64,000 bases of DNA from Lama guanicoe (lineage: Eukaryota). A model generated the notes under the pieces. The model made no database searches, had not been told where the DNA came from, and saw nothing but the letters and a program-made list of their open reading frames with translations. Shown here in pieces: positions 28,680-43,873 of this stretch; within the stretch, counting starts at the first letter, position 1; each line of letters begins with the position of its first letter. The stretch is taken from positions 372,001 through 436,000 of the forward strand of contig MU054026.1 of the NCBI GenBank assembly GCA_013239625.1, written 5' to 3'. A program made the position numbers and the translations under genes.

Positions 28680-29660
28680 GCCTTCGTCCTGATGACTCCT
28701 CGGCCCCATGGCTTTAAACACCATCTCTGTGCAGTCAGCTTCCAAACTTCCTCTGCTTCAGTCCATTCCATTAGCTTCAAACAAACACCCAACTGTTCAC
28801 TTGAAATCCTAAATATATGGCCAGGTGTAAACGTTGTTCCCTTTACTGCCCGCCTAACAACCTGCCCCTCACTTCACTTTCCCAGCTCAGTAAGTAGCAA
28901 CATCTCCACCCAGTTGTTCAGGACTCAGACCTGAGAGCCATTCTTAACCCCACCCTTGGCTTCATCTCACATATCGAACCTATTAGCAAATTGTATGTAC
29001 TGCTCACCCACAAAATAGATCTTTAAGTTACCCTCTCCTTCATTTCCACGTCTTTGACCCCATTCGAAGCCACTAATATCTTTTTGCCCAGTGTGTATGA
29101 GTAAAGTCTGAACTCTGTTGTAGCCATTGTGGCCTCGGCACACCGACCAGCTAGAACGTCTGAATGTAAAAGCACTCCTGGCTTGGGCAAGTGCCCTTCT
29201 TGTTTCTTCCTGGAAAGCTCTTCTGTCAGGTCTTTGCAGGTCCGACTTTGCTTAGTAAGTCTGCGTTTGAATGACATCTTTTTAGAGAAGCCTTTTCTGT
29301 CTCTCCAGTGTGAAATAATACATTCCTGCCACGGGACGCCTCTCCATTACTTTGTTCATTTCTCTGTTTTGTTTCCTTTCTAGCACTTAACCACTAGCTG
29401 AAGTTCCTTTTTTATATAATTCAACAAGTACCTATTGAGCACCTATGTGATAGGTATTTCTCTAGGTGCTGGGGTTACCAAATTGAGCAGAACAGACAGA
29501 TCCTGGCCCTCCTGGAGTCTGCTGGCTTCTCGTCATCGTCTTCTCCGTTTCGGGCTGCACCTCCGTGAGCGGGGCCCTTGTCTGTCCAGTTTGCCACCAT
29601 GCCTCCAGAGCCTTGTGCAAACCTAGCTACAGTGTTTGATAAATCACTGTTGAACTAATG
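28680..29660 (+). mobile_element. LINE-2 remnant(s)
   Basis: catggctttaaacaccatctctgtgc...ccacccagttgttcagg...tgttgaactaatgaa tail. Confidence 0.6.
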
Positions 29661-30509
29661 AAAGAATAAATATTTCTGCTCCTCTATGTACCCTTTTCTT
29701 CCCTGTGCCAAATAATCCAAGTTTTTCAGCCTTCCACAGAAAATAGATTTTAAAATCCCCTTAAAATGGTCTTTCAGGTGAGGCCATCATCTATTTTGTT
29801 AGCATTCCTCCAAATTGTGATATAATAATAATTTAATTACTTAATATAAAATTAACTATAAAATATAAAATAAATTAATATAAAAAGGGTTTATTAATAG
29901 AATAACTATTACTTCGTGTAATCTAGAATTTTATATTTTCAGTTTTAAATTATTGGTGTGAACAGTTACCCGTGTTGGAATTCGCACGTGGTAACCACGT
30001 CTGTATCAAGGCCAGGCTCCCTTTAATAACCAAGACTGAAGGAGTGTAATCAGATTGTTATGGAATTTCTTGCCAAATTTACAAAGGATAGTTATAAAAC
30101 GTGATGCAGTGTTTGGAGACAACTGTAATTTGGAAAAAGTTTTCCTTTATTGTTTTCTTAGCTCTCTTTTTCAGTTGAATCTTTTAACCACAAGAATCAA
30201 ACTGCCAGAGTAACTCCATTTGTTTTTATATTATCCTCATTTTGTAACCACAGCAGAGTTCTTTACACAGTAGCATTACATCTGTAATGTTATGTTCTCA
30301 GGTCTTACTCGTCTCTTCTTTTGGAAATTGATAAATAAGAGACCTTTTTCTGTTGGACTTGTGTGTGCGTGTCGATGGGACTATTTTAAGAATAAGAGTT
30401 GGAAAGAAAGTTCTGCCTAGTGTACTTTTTTGTCCGACGTCATAGATCCTTGTTTTATGGAAATTATAAAATTTCAGAAACAGGTTTTAAGCTTCTTGTC
30501 ACCAGTTTT

Positions 30510-30523
30510 CCACTAGAGGGTGC
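30510..30523 (+). promoter_or_regulatory. Putative CTCF core motif
   Basis: CCACTAGAGGGTGC, one mismatch to CCASYAGRKGGCRS. Confidence 0.4.
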
Positions 30524-33500
30524 TCCAAATTTTGGTTATTAAAAATCGGAAGCTTACCTTAAAATATGCTAGATAAGGGGCACATTCTCTTTCTTTTAAA
30601 ACAGCATTTCATTTTTTCTTAACTGCTCTTTAATTATTTCATCCATTTGTATCACACCGTTAGCATTTTTGTATCTTCCTCACAAGGATAAATGTTTTCA
30701 ATTTTTAGGTTTAGTTTGAATGAAACTGGATTATATTAAGGAAAGACCAATTATGTCAAGACAAATGGAAGTCTAATACATTCTTCAGCTTCCAGAAATT
30801 TATCATGTATTTTTAAATGTTTTGTCTCTCTAGTCATTTTTGACTAACAGCCCATATTTCGAAGCAGTTTCAGGTGATGTTAATTACATATGCTAAAATT
30901 AGACTTTGTATAGTTTTATATTATATATTTAAACTATTATATATTTAACTGTTATTAAAGTGAATTTTGAATATATTTCATTGCAGAAAATATATTTAAG
31001 TGCTTGTACTTAAAAATGCCTTGACTGTCATGAAGCATCTTCCATTGAATATTTTAAGATCCATTGTGCCTTCAACAGACTGTAACATACTAAAAATTTA
31101 GACCTTCAGATTCCCTTACATAACTCTCCATTTCTTAATGTTGATGGAGCATTTTTTTTTTTGATGATAAATAACATTTGTCCCATTTTTCAAAATAAAA
31201 TGTTTTGTCTTCTGTTCTTCTCATTTGCCAGTTGGGCAGGTTTAGATGGTTTGGAATTGGAATCAGAGTCTTATGGATTTGTGCGTGCCCAGTTCCCTAG
31301 TATGAGAGATGGAGCAGAGAGGGAGGAGACCCTCAGATTTCATCTTCACTGTGGTCTTTCAGGGGTTCTCCCTGAATACACTGCTCCAACTGTAAATACA
31401 GATGAGAGAAAAAAGGATCAGACTAACAACTTGAGGAATGTGTGGAGGAAAATGTTTCACTGCATATAGAGAACTTCAAAATCTATGCAGCGGTAATATG
31501 CCAAAATGCAAAATACAAGTCTCAGCTTCAGATTTCCCAGCAATTTTTTTGCCAGTGCTTCAATTGGTTGTGGATACTTTTCGCTTGGTTGAAGTTTCCT
31601 CAGCTTGGGCAGCAGAGGGCGCTGTGTACCCACTACAAATGGAGACGTCTCGACATTTCCTTTGTCAGTGTGTTGTCGTGAGGTCAATTATAACATTGTT
31701 TTCTTCAAGCTTATTTAGGGTGAGTGATATTTCACTTATTAATGCATTAATATTATTTGGGCAAAAAGCTACAAAATTTAAGCTGTGACAAATGAATTTA
31801 TTTCAGAGTTGGTGTCCTTTGAGGGAGCTTTAAGAAGTTTATTTAGGATAATTCGATTGTGGCAGTACTCAAATGAAATTAATTAATCTCAACTCTGTGG
31901 AGAAAGTTTTGCGTTGTTTTGTTTTGATTTTTGAGAATTTGAGTTGCAGGGGAAGAGCCAGTATAACTGAAAAACCTGTTTTTTCATTAATGGTATACAG
32001 ACTTTACAATTAATTAACATATAATATGTAGATAACAAAAACATTCACAAATGAAAACTAGGAGCTGGGTGTCTAGTAAATGGAGAGTTCTTTGTAGATC
32101 CTAAAGATGGCCTTGTAAATCTGAGGTTATCCATTTATACAGTGAGAGTAGTGGTAGCTTTCTTGGCACTTCAGAGTAATATCCTATGAGTACTTTTGTT
32201 TGAAAGCTGAAAGCAAAGAAAAATAGTCATTGTTTGTTACCCTAATTGTACACTTTATTTTAGTACACCCCCTATCCTGATCTTCATCATGCTTTAATTT
32301 TATGTGCAACTGATTTTGATATTTTTTTTTTCATTCTGAGGAACATTCTCACATAAGAGTTAATGTCGGGGTCTAAATTCAAATTCTTGGGTTTAAATTG
32401 CCCCTCCACCATTGGGTGACCCTGAGCAAGTTATCTAATGTATCTGTGTCTCAGTCTCTTTTTCTGAATGTGTAAATAATAGAACCTCTTTCCTGGTTGT
32501 AAAGTCAGTTGAATGATTTAATGTAGTAGAATTTTGCGTAGTACTGAACACACAGCAAACATTCCTTAACAGCTAGTTAACTGTTAAGGTTTTGTTTGTT
32601 TATTTTATCACCAGGAAATAAGAATGCCTTCTGTTTTTGTCTTATGTAGTTGATACTTGGGATTATAATTTTAGAGATAAGAAAACTATATATTTCAAAA
32701 AAAATTTTTTCCACTCTAAAATCCAAACTCTTTTAAGTCACTACCCTTTAAATTCTCTTTTGCATGGCTCCTTAGTAATATAGGAAGATTTATAAAGAAA
32801 CAATCAATTTGATCAATGACTTAATGTTATCCTTTCTGTGCTTTAAGGTAAACCTTGATAATTTAAAAATAGATATGATTATTGTTTTCCTTTTTCTCAG
32901 GTCAAAATGTGGTTGTCTGTGATATTCAGACTCTTCTTACACAGACGGAACTTTAGTTACTGTTCAAATGGTGGTGCTTTCTCAGCTATTTGTATTTAAG
33001 TTATTCGGTTTGGGGGATAAAATATACTATAAAATATAAAACTCCAGACTCGTTTTCCTAATGTGCTTGCTTATTCACTGGCACATGAGAGACAAGGATA
33101 TAAAAAGTATTGTGCATTTAGTAAGGCAACCAGTAAATGCCTTTAAAAAAAAGCAAATGAACTAGATTTTTTCATGTTATTTTATCCATCCTTAGGGTTT
33201 CAGAAAAATCTGTTTTCTTTCGAAACTTAATTTTACTGTAGACTGTGGACACACAATGATTTACAGTTTGATTTGTATTTCTCAGTGGATATATGCAAAA
33301 GAGAACCAAGCACATAAGACCTTCCCTTTTTATCCATAAATACTTTTTCAGTCTATGTTAATCATTACTTTAGCTGTTTACATATTGAGGACTTGTCATC
33401 ATGTGAATAGTTTTCTTTTTAGACATTATTTAAAATCTGATCTTTTTAAAGTTTCTTAAATACCAGTAGTAGGAAGTTAGTCTTTTTTATGTTTACTGAA

Positions 33501-33904
33501 ACCTGTCATAAAGAAAATAATGGTTTTTGTGGAGCGAGTTTTTTTATCTTTTTTTTTAAGTATGTTTGAGAAGGACACTGCTGCTTCTTGTTAAGAGGTT
33601 TAAAAAAAAAACAAAAAAGCTATATACTCTTTGTATCTAAGAAGCTGTAAATTACTTCATGAAGAAACTTAGACTGGGTCATGAAGAATGTGTTGTGTTT
33701 GTATGGGATGCAAATGGAGAAAAACATACTTTCCAGTAAAATACCCAGAGACTGAAATAAGCAATGCCTTTTTAGGTGATATATAGGCTGGTTAGAGAAA
33801 TTTGAAGTCAGGTTGTGGAGGAAAATCAACTTATTTCCTTTTGATCACTTTGTATTGTAAAGCATAATCAGTCACTGAAGTAAAATTGTACATTAGGATA
33901 GTAA

Positions 33905-33992
33905 TTTTTTTTTTCCAGTGGAGGTACTGGGGATTGAACCCAGGACCTTGCTATGCATGTGCTCTACCACTGAGCTATACCCACCCCCTCCA
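33905..33992 (-). mobile_element. tRNA-derived SINE (camelid-type)
   Basis: ggaggtactggggattgaacccaggacc...ctctaccactgagctatacc (reverse strand has Pol III A/B-box-like tagctcagtggtagag and ggttcaatccc); TSD gatagtaa at 33897-33904 and 33993-34000. Confidence 0.9.
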
Positions 33993-34444
33993 GATAGTAA
34001 ATTTTTTAATGTAAATTTTATTAGCTGATGTCTTCCATAATGCTGGGTAGACCCTGTTTGTTTCTTCAAAATGAATAATTTGGGGGGGGGAGGCCACATT
34101 TTAATGTATTATAAAAGCATTCGAAGTTTCATAAACTAAATTATTAAAATATATTTTCATAGTAACCCTTAGGACAGAAACATGTCAAATTTTAAGGTAA
34201 TGAGGGTTGGACAACAGGGAAATTATAACCAATGAATATGAGTTTTAATTCATTCAGGTGATTCATCTTGCCAGTGTCCCTTCCACATGACCTAAACAAA
34301 GCTGAAAGTTGTTAGTCAGTATAAAGGATACCAGAAGTCCTCAAGCTTCTGCATGTATCAGAATCTCCGGCAGATTCAGGCTCAGTGTTTCTGATTTAGT
34401 AGATGTGGTAGGGCCTGAGAATTTATTTTAGTAGCAAAGAAAAG

Positions 34445-34840
34445 CTATCCGTAGTTATCTGAAAATGTTATTAAGATTCTTCTCCCTTTTTAAAATCCAT
34501 ATCTATTTAGGAGCTTGGTTCTTTTACTTCAGTCAAAATGTATCATAATAGATTAAAAGAAGAAAATATGTGAATCCATCTTCTCCCATTAGGCCAGACA
34601 TTTAAAAGATTTGCAAAGTGCTAAGCAGTGCCACCCTTCTCATAATATTTGTTTTAGAAAATAGTCATTCATAAAAAACAAGTTACGTTACAGTGTTTTT
34701 CACTTGTTACTTTTAAATTCGTTACTACTTTTTGAAAGGTCTCAGTTTTCATTTTAAATGTGATAAATAGCAATAGAGGTAGTCCCACTACGGCTTTTTG
34801 GAGGTCCTTAACTTTTAAGACCAAAATCTTTGAGAATTGC
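34445..34840 (+). mobile_element. Charlie1-family (hAT) 3' fragment
   Basis: attaggccagacatttaaaagatttgcaaa...gccacccttctca...accaaaatctttgagaattgct. Confidence 0.65.
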
Positions 34841-37721
34841 TTTTTCAAGGCCGTTGTTTTTCAGCGTCAAAGGATTACTGTTCTGCACTAGACCTGAACA
34901 CAGTTCTCTAAAAGAAAATATTTCAAAGAAAAGAAAAACAATTTCATTGGCTTTAATGACTGTAGGAAAGATGAAAATATATAACATTTAAAATATTTCT
35001 CAATGGAAATAGGCTATATAACCAGAGATGCTGATGCTGATACTGATAGTGGTTTGCTATTCGTTGCGTAGCTTAATTGTATCCCTGTTTTATAGAAGCC
35101 GTCTTAACAGGTGAATGTGAAGTGACAATAAACTATGTGAAGCATTTAACAGATGATTGCAGTGTCTGTACTGATCTGTGCTTAGTTATGTCTTTTTGCA
35201 CCTTGTTACTCAAAAACTATTACTACAAATATTTTATCATTACTGTGCTTTTTTACCTGTACGTGAAAATACCTCTAACCAAGAATATCTTCAGGGCTTA
35301 ACGAGTACGTGTTGGGAGCAGTGGGAGCGTAGGTGTAGGCAGCATTTTTTAATTCCAAAATATAAGCTCCATTGTATCAGTAAATACTTGTTTACCACTT
35401 TCTTTGTTTCTAGGTTTTGTGGTAGGACAACAGGAAAGATAAAACATTCACATAAGAAATACAGGCATTTTGTGGAAAAATAATACAATGTCAGGTTGTA
35501 TACCCCCCCCCCCCAAAAAAATTGGAGAGTGGGAAACTTACTGTGGGGTAGAGTGCCAGGGAAGAATTTGTGAATTTGGGGGTTGTGTGGGATTTTCAAA
35601 AAACATAGTCTTGGATTGTACAGAACAGAAGAGAGTCAAGTAGAAGTAAGCAGAGTGTGAAAAATGGAATAAATAGAGTTTTGAGATTGATTGCATTTAA
35701 TTATTCAATAGACAAAATGACATTTAAAAAAAAAACCCTCTACCATTAATACTATTAATTTCAGCAGTATCTATTCTCTTTAATCCAAGACCTACAGATG
35801 TCTTGAACTAGAATTTTAGAAATATGTTTTTGTCACTTAGACAATCTATGTAGCACCTTTTGTTCCCTTTGTATTGCAAGGCAGGAACATGAGAAAATAA
35901 TTACAGTCAACATTAAGTTTGTTTAATGTATTCTTTAACCTCTTGACTATTCAAGATAACAGATTTGAATAAGACCACACTCCCAGAATTTCTTAAACAT
36001 TTTTAAAACTTCATAACGTGCATTTTAAAAACTCTTTAAAGTTTCATTTACAGATACTAATTTTAAAAAAGTCATCCCCTTTGGTATATGTGAGGATGAA
36101 TTTTCCTAAAACATTAATGGCCTCGTTTTAAACCGCTTTGCTCTTTGAACCTGCTAAGCATAGTAATGGTTTCATAGTCAGATACTGAATCTTTTATGCC
36201 TGATAATTAAGTAGTAATCCTGTCCTTTGAGAATTTTCTTACAAGAAAGATAGAAATACACTCTTCATTTGCAGGCAGTAATGTGTGGCTGACGTTGGAA
36301 TTCCAGTGATGCCTGTCATGAAATAAAGAAAAATGGGGCTAGGTTATCTGTTAAAAGCATGGAGCCCATGAAATAATGATGATTGATACCATTTAATACA
36401 TGTTATTAAGGGTGGCAATTTTGAATCAAATATTGATCAGACAGCTTGTCTGCTCAAGTGCTGGGCATCATCAGGAAGTATACTGGTAACAAAACATTAT
36501 GTAAATGATTAAATGAAACCAAGGAAGGTTTAATCGCTGCCTATGGTATTGTAAGCTCGTGTCTTCACCTCTTGAAGGGCATAATGGTATTTGTCTAACA
36601 AGGTAGATAATGAATGGGAAGTCCAGAATGAGAATAAAGCACAAAATGAAGTACTTGGCTTAGCTGAACAGAGGATACACATTTAGTTGAAGGCAGTGAA
36701 AGCTTTAATAGAAGTTGATTATGAACTTTTCACCAAATCATGAAAAATTCAATGCTAGCATATTCCCTTAAACCTTAAAAGATTAGGAGACAAGTGAATA
36801 TCAAACCATCAAATGACTTATTCCAAAACTGGCTTCTTATCTTCTTGGAAACATAGACTTCCCCTTGGGGGTTTGGTGAAGTCTGTAGCTTTCCAAAAAT
36901 ATCAATTTCATTGTGTTTGGAGACCCCTGAAGCCCATTTTGGGGGTTCTGAAAGGGTGTTTTTCAGTCATGAGTAATAAGTCCAACTGTTTTAAACAGAA
37001 TCGAAACCCCCTGTGTTGACAAATTACATTTTATAATCTTAAATATGTTCAACAGAAAACCTGATACTAACTTACTGTACATCTACTCTTACGTAACTAT
37101 AAAATAAAAACATTTATAAATTCATGTTTCAAACTAGCAAAATTTATTCTAACAACATTAATTGACAAAGATACACTGAAACTAAATTGTCATTTGCCAG
37201 TGTGAATGTAATACCGTGTGAGTTTCAGCTCACAGTGCTATTAATGTCACATCTCGTGTGAGGATTCTTACTCTGCTTTTCTGTATTTTTGAAGGTGGGG
37301 AGAGTAGTGAAAAGTTAAAGGGAGGATCCATCTCTGGAATACTCAAAGAAATGATCTTCCACTGTATGAAGGGCAGTTTGCTTAAACTTCAGCATAAGAA
37401 ATTTGCTACAAGACACTAATTTCTGTTAATACCTTAAAAATTTGTCCAGACTTTGGCCATCTTTGATTCTGGAGATCTGAAAGTGGAATTTAAATTTTAA
37501 AATATTACTGTGTGGGATGATTTTAAATACAGTTCATCTGAATGAATGTGAGTTGAAAGAGATTCAACTCTGAGGGCCACTCCCAAGCCTGGGGTTAGGG
37601 GATCGAACAATTTAATAGACTTTATCATGAACTAGTATTCTTCATGAAGAGACACCGCTTTGCCAATTATATGACATGTCTGTTTCCCAGCTCCTTAAGA
37701 TAAAATTCCTGAAACAAATGA

Positions 37722-37910
<189 letters not shown>

Positions 37911-40539
37911 TAAGTGGATTTGCTTGATGTAGAGAATTTTGGTAAATTCACTTCAAGAAAAATATTCATTCAAATGTATAAATTCTGTAGTATCACTCTT
38001 TTCCAGAATGACACAGGCAACGGTGCTTGTTAAATCTACATTTGATGACTGTTTTGATAAATAGTCTGTTATCAAAGGGGAAAGACAGCTTCTTGGTTTC
38101 TCACTAATCATGTGACTGCTGAATCCCACCAAATGGGAGGCTGCCGTCACACAAGGATGAGCGTTCTGCTTGCTTTAGGGTGATATTAATCAAACCATTT
38201 TTGTTCAACACCTTTATCAGCCGTAGACTGAATGCTTTTGAGGAGATTCTGAACTTTGTTAAACTATTAAAGAATAAACATTACGCATGATTTTGTCCCT
38301 CTTAGGCAGCTCATCAGTCGCTCTGCTTAAAAAAAAAAAAAGCGGTTTTTCTCCAAGGCCGCTGTATCTCTGCACCCTTCATTCTAGTTTACTTAGGGCT
38401 GAACATCATGTATCATCAGGAAAAAGATAAAAGTCATGTTTGTTAAACTCAGAACGGCTCTGATGATTTGTCAAAAATGACAGGATCATTTGACTCTAAC
38501 TCTGTTTTCAACCTGTGCAAAATGTGTGTTCTTAGTCCCCCGGAGGATCCCAGCTCAGGAGGCAACCTGTGTGCCTTCCAGGGGAATGCGTAACCAGTGG
38601 GCTGTGAATGGCCTGTGCACCTCGGCTCTGTCTTTTCTGTCTTTGTCACCTCAGTTATAGACACTCAGTTATATGTAAGTTGAATGAGGACCTTAGTATG
38701 TGTATGAAAATGTCTGCTTCCCATCAGGAGTGAGGCCGTGTTCCCAGGTGATGCTGGTCCCAGGTGAATGGCTGTCCTACATCAACTCAGTTTCATCTTT
38801 GCAGCGGCTCCATGGGCCTTCACCATTTACTCGATCTCTACCCCGTGCCACAAACTGTAAAATACGTTTTACAAACAGCCACATTATATCCTTTGGGTGG
38901 CAGAGTGGCTCAGTTTTACTGTCCAGAAATGCAAAAGGAATGATGAGCAGGTCAGTGCCTAGTGATGCAGAAGCACGTTCAGAGATAAAAGCTCCACTTT
39001 CATGTCTGGGATTTTTAATTTAAAAGAGTGAAAGCCTGCAGAAAGCTAGATGAAACTAATGCGCTCTCGGTGAGGAGACAGGCAAGATGATGTGAAGTGA
39101 TAGCTGGAGGACTGTCAGAGGTGTTCTGGCTTATTGAAAGCAGAAGGGAAGCAGTGTGCTTCATAAACTGTCATCGATAATGGTTGAGCAGCAGTTCTGT
39201 AAAATGAGAAAATGGAGGCTGATTATTAATGCGGAGCCAAAGTTAACCTTCCTCTCTACAAAAAAAAAAAAATCACAGAGACTAACTTTATGTTAAGTCT
39301 TCTTGAAAATTGTTTTATTTTTTATTTTCAGGAATTTCGCTGTACTTTAGTTACGACTAGCTAGACCCTAATATTTTGACCAACATTTTTTTTTAACGTT
39401 GTGTTTTAGAATATGCTCCAGTTAGTAAAACTTTCCCCTAGGACGTAAGAATCGGATGGTCAAAAGCTTGTTTTGAGGTCATGTTATTTGACACACTTAT
39501 TGTTAAGGTTTTTAGGCGTCACCAACCATCTTTTTTCCATGGTTTTTGTCAATTGCTGATCCATTTCTGCAACAAGAAACCACTGAGTATCTGTGGACCA
39601 CGTAAACAGAGCAGTCCCTTTTGAACTAAGTGATGAATGGTTGTCAGGGCACATTTTATGGTGTGATTATACCAATAATGAGCTGGAAAATTTATGTTTT
39701 GAATACTCTTAAGGCAACAGTAGTCCTGCTAAAACATTTTTAAATCTTAAATGTTCAAGGAAAACATAACTGCTTCTCTTAATCCATGTTTATGCCAAAC
39801 ACCGTGCTAGACACTGATGAGACAAAGAGGGCCTGAATTTTTCAGCAGAAACACTGAAACTAGGAATGCATTTTGCTGTTCCAAGCAGAGTTCTTACATT
39901 GCCTTAGAGAAGGTGTGCCCGGTCACCTACCAGCGGTGAGTCTGTTGCTCACACCACTTTGATCGTAACCTCACTGGCTTCCCTCCTTGAAGTAGTACAC
40001 TTACTAAATCAGTCTTTTTTCATAGGCCTCTGCTCTGATATTCATTGCATGCAAAGTGAATATATTGTAGGAGGAACTGGCCTCTGAAACATTGCCAGAA
40101 CCTCCCTTGATGTAGTCAAATGCATTTTTATTCTTAATATGGAAAGTTTTTACTGAAAATCTTAGGCCGTCTTTGTATGACCAGCGGGTAACATGGAGGT
40201 TGGCGCAAACCTGGGTAAGAGAAAGAGGACACTTTCCTTGAACACTGTGCTCAATCCAGGCCTTTTAAGAAGTCTGAATAGTCCCATCCATCCCTACATC
40301 TTTGACTAGATTTGCATACTTTTCTCACCCCATCTTTTTTTTTTTTAACTTTAACCTTATATTTTCTTCTGATAATGGATTTAAAGAGTTTTAGTAACCT
40401 TTCAATCTGTTTTTCTGGGTAGGATATTGGATAATTAAGAAGCATGGGTGGTTAAATTTAAACCAGCAGATTCCTTGCCTTGCCTTCTTAAAGAGGAAAA
40501 GCATAGACGCACACCATGAAATCACCCCATCAGATAAAT

Positions 40540-42440
40540 CACCTGCTGCTGACCGTCAGCTGCCTGCTTCGCTGGCACTCTCGTTCACTGAAAGCTTCCA
40601 CTGTCTTCTTCAGGATTGCTGCTGTGACTTCAGCTCCTGCGTGAATGGCCCAGCCGTGACCTGGCCTCTCAGGACCTTGTCCTCCTCACGTTGAGCCAGC
40701 CTTGACCTCTCCCTCTCATCAGCACTAGTAAATGTATCCCTTCAAAATCGTGACCTCAAGGTTTCCACTCTGGCCAGCGCCTTCTGTCCTTACAGCTCTT
40801 CCACAGGTCTTCAACCCCATTGATACTTGAGTCTCCCCACCCTATCCCCATGTATAATCTACCTTATATGCCCGCTTCTCTCCTTCCCGCACTGACTTTT
40901 ACAGCCCCAAACTGTAGTCACTTCCTGCCTCTCCCTCCAAACTCTGCACATTTTTATCCAGCCCTGCCATCTCACCTGCTAAAATCCCAACTCTAATCAG
41001 AACTGTCTGCCTCACTGTTTCGTGTGTGCAGTGCAACAGTTCTGTGTTACAACAGAAAATCCAGCAATTCTGGTGTTCTCACCATTGGTTTGAAATCAGT
41101 GGTTCTCACCTGGGAGCTGTTTTGTATTCACCGTCCCCACAAAGCGCATTGGGCAACGTCTGGAGATGGTTGTGGTTGGCACAGCTAAGCGAGCGCCACT
41201 GGCGTCTAGTGGGGAGAAGACGGGGACCTTGCTGCCAGTGTTCTTGCCCTGTCTTCACTCTCCTTCACGGCACATCTACTTTATAAAGTTCTCACTGTCC
41301 CCAATCCCTTGTCTCCAATCCCTTGTCTCCTTTCTTTATCCTTCTCCAGTAAGGCTTCCAGTCCTGCTCTGCTATGGAAACTAATTTTATCCAGATACAC
41401 AGTTACCTGTACTAAATCCAGTGGCCACTTTTGCTTCCTGGGAGCTTTCACGCAGTAGACCACATCTCTGTTCCTAAAAACCTTTCTTGTGTTTGGTGTA
41501 ACCTACTCTGCCCCGTTTTCTTTTTGCCTCACTGGTCACTCCTGCTTCTTTGCTTATATGAACCTCTTCTGTCTGACCTCTACATACTGAGCTGTCTAGA
41601 AGTCCCATTATCAGTATGAAGAGTCCTGGATCTTTTGTTCCCCTAAACTTTCTCCTTGAGCATTCTCACTCAGCCTTGTGACTTGACGTAGGATCCGGAT
41701 GCTGATGACCCCATCCATCACCACCAGCCCCGGTATCTCCTCTGAGGTGTATCTAACTGCCTACTTGACATCTCTGCTAAGAATCCAGTAGGGAGCTCAA
41801 GCTCAACATGCCTACAGTGGAATTCTTGATTCCTTGCCTCAAATCCTGTTTTCATTCACTTATTTTTTTTTAAGTAAACAACCATAGGTCCCCATTACTT
41901 AGGCTGAATCCTCGGTGACATTCTGTTCCTCTGCCCTCTGTTCTCCACTTCATCAACAATTGGCATTCACTCCATCTCCAAAATACAGCCAGGTAACGTC
42001 CATATTATTTCTTTTCCACTGGGACACCTGTGAAATAGCTTCTCTACCTCCATTCTTACGCCACACAAAACAACCAATGTGAGCTTTTAAAAATGCATCG
42101 CTAAGTGTGTCACTCCACTCTTTAAACTCACAGTTCCCAGTGCAGTTAGAGTAAAAATCATTCCTACTTAAGATGACTCTTTTCCCCACTCCATCAATCT
42201 TTAACCCATGTCCCTGGGTTTTTTTTTTTTCCTTTATTTCTTAAAAATCTTTTGTCAGTCAACCAGGTATGAAATTATCTTCTTTATCGGCTGATTGTGA
42301 GTCCCGAGCCTCCTCCAGAACGTAAAGCTTCATGAGCGTAGGGACCTTGTTTAACCAGTTCGCCACTATGCTCTTAGTGCCGAGAACAGTGTATGGAGTG
42401 AGTACTTGGTTAACTGTCTGTTGGTGGAATGAATAAAATT
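40540..42440 (+). mobile_element. Long LINE-2 remnant interrupted by a MER20-like MITE (~41097-41235)
   Basis: tatctaactgcctacttgacatctct...ctcaagctcaacatgcc and L2 tail ggtggaatgaataaa; MER20-like cagtggttctcacctggg...ggcaacgtctggaga. Confidence 0.65.
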
Positions 42441-42739
42441 ATGTGAGCAGAAGTGAAATAATCTGTGATAAGCTTTGTATTGACTCCCAGAAGGAAATCA
42501 GTAACTTTTAAAGCTAAATTAAAGCTGTTGAGTTATTCTCTTACCTCTTCTTTTTAAGAGTCTAAAGGGCCTAATCCAATTAGACGATTACATCAAAGAA
42601 GAAGTTTTCATTATGGTCCCTCTTGATTTTCATGGATAATATGAAATTCAAAAATGATGATAGAATAAGTAATCTGAGGTTCTATCATATGGATAGTCAT
42701 TTTTGTCTACATTCCATTATCTTTACAGTTCAAATATGG

Positions 42740-42770
42740 GTTTTGTTTTGTTTTGTTTTGTTTTGTTTTT
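42740..42770. repeat. (GTTTT)n microsatellite
   Basis: gttttgttttgttttgttttgttttgttttt. Confidence 0.95.
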
Positions 42771-43666
42771 GGAGCTAGATAGAAGGCTGGAATAAAAGTT
42801 CTGCGTCACCTAAGTTCTGACTTCCATCCCTTAGGGAAGACAGTTCAAGGCACTTGTGTTGACACTTACTGAAACTAGCTAGAAACCTTCATTGCCTAAG
42901 ATCAGAGCTTCCTTTACTCACGTTTGTCCCCAAGTCAACCCTGGATTTCCTTTTATCACTGCAGTGCTGAGGGGCCACTCAGCATAACTGTTCAAGAGGA
43001 CAGTGTTCTGGAGCAGGAGGTGTGCCCGGTGTCCGTGTATTTGCACCTCTCTGCAAAGGCTCCGCCTCTGGAGATGAGCACTTGGGATAGAGGCATTCTT
43101 TCTCCTTGTCGGGAAGAAGAGAAAAGGCTTGAGGATTGATGAGTGTGAACCTTGAGTTCCTGCGGGGGCCGGCATGCGGCAAAGACGGTGTCATGTAGAT
43201 ATCTTGTGCATTTCTAGCATCGTAGAGTGTTGGCTGTTTTCTCCCTCGTTCAGGGTTGCTTGCATGCAGTCACTGTAGCTTCTGACATGATGGGACTTGT
43301 GTCCCTGGAGGATGCTTAGGGATGATTAGTGGAATGCAGGTAACTCCCTTTCCTTCGTTAACCCTTGACACACTGAGGTGGTCTTAAGGTAACCGATTCC
43401 TGTTATTGAGCAAAGACAGAGCGTCACTGCTTCATAAAATGCTAACTAAAAATATAAAGTGAGTTCTCCTTAGATTTCCTTACAGAGAATGTCGTTATTA
43501 GATGGTTACTCCAGAAGTTGGTTCTATAATAGGAGTCCTAAAAATGGGATTATATCAGGATCCTAAAATACGATGTTTTCAAGGCTCGCTTTCTGTTGAG
43601 GCAGCCAGTAACCAGTCTCACGTTCTGTTTTCCACAGAAGGAGGAGTAATCACTGTAAAGAGCTAA

Positions 43667-43873
<207 letters not shown>

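Noticed and set aside
29985..30000. E-box CACGTG and palindrome acgtggt-a-accacgt (also CACGTGAC at 12885) as TFEB/CLEAR sites
   Set aside because: Short isolated motifs far from the promoter, one inside an L2; expected by chance in 64 kb.
32880..32975. Strong-looking acceptor (ttgttttcctttttctcag) as a cryptic exon
   Set aside because: No convincing donor nearby (only atg|gtggtg); such acceptors are common in T-rich introns.
33915..33990. tRNA-like sequence on the minus strand
   Set aside because: Has a T-rich tail, a TSD and several diverged copies in the window, so it is a SINE rather than a tRNA gene.
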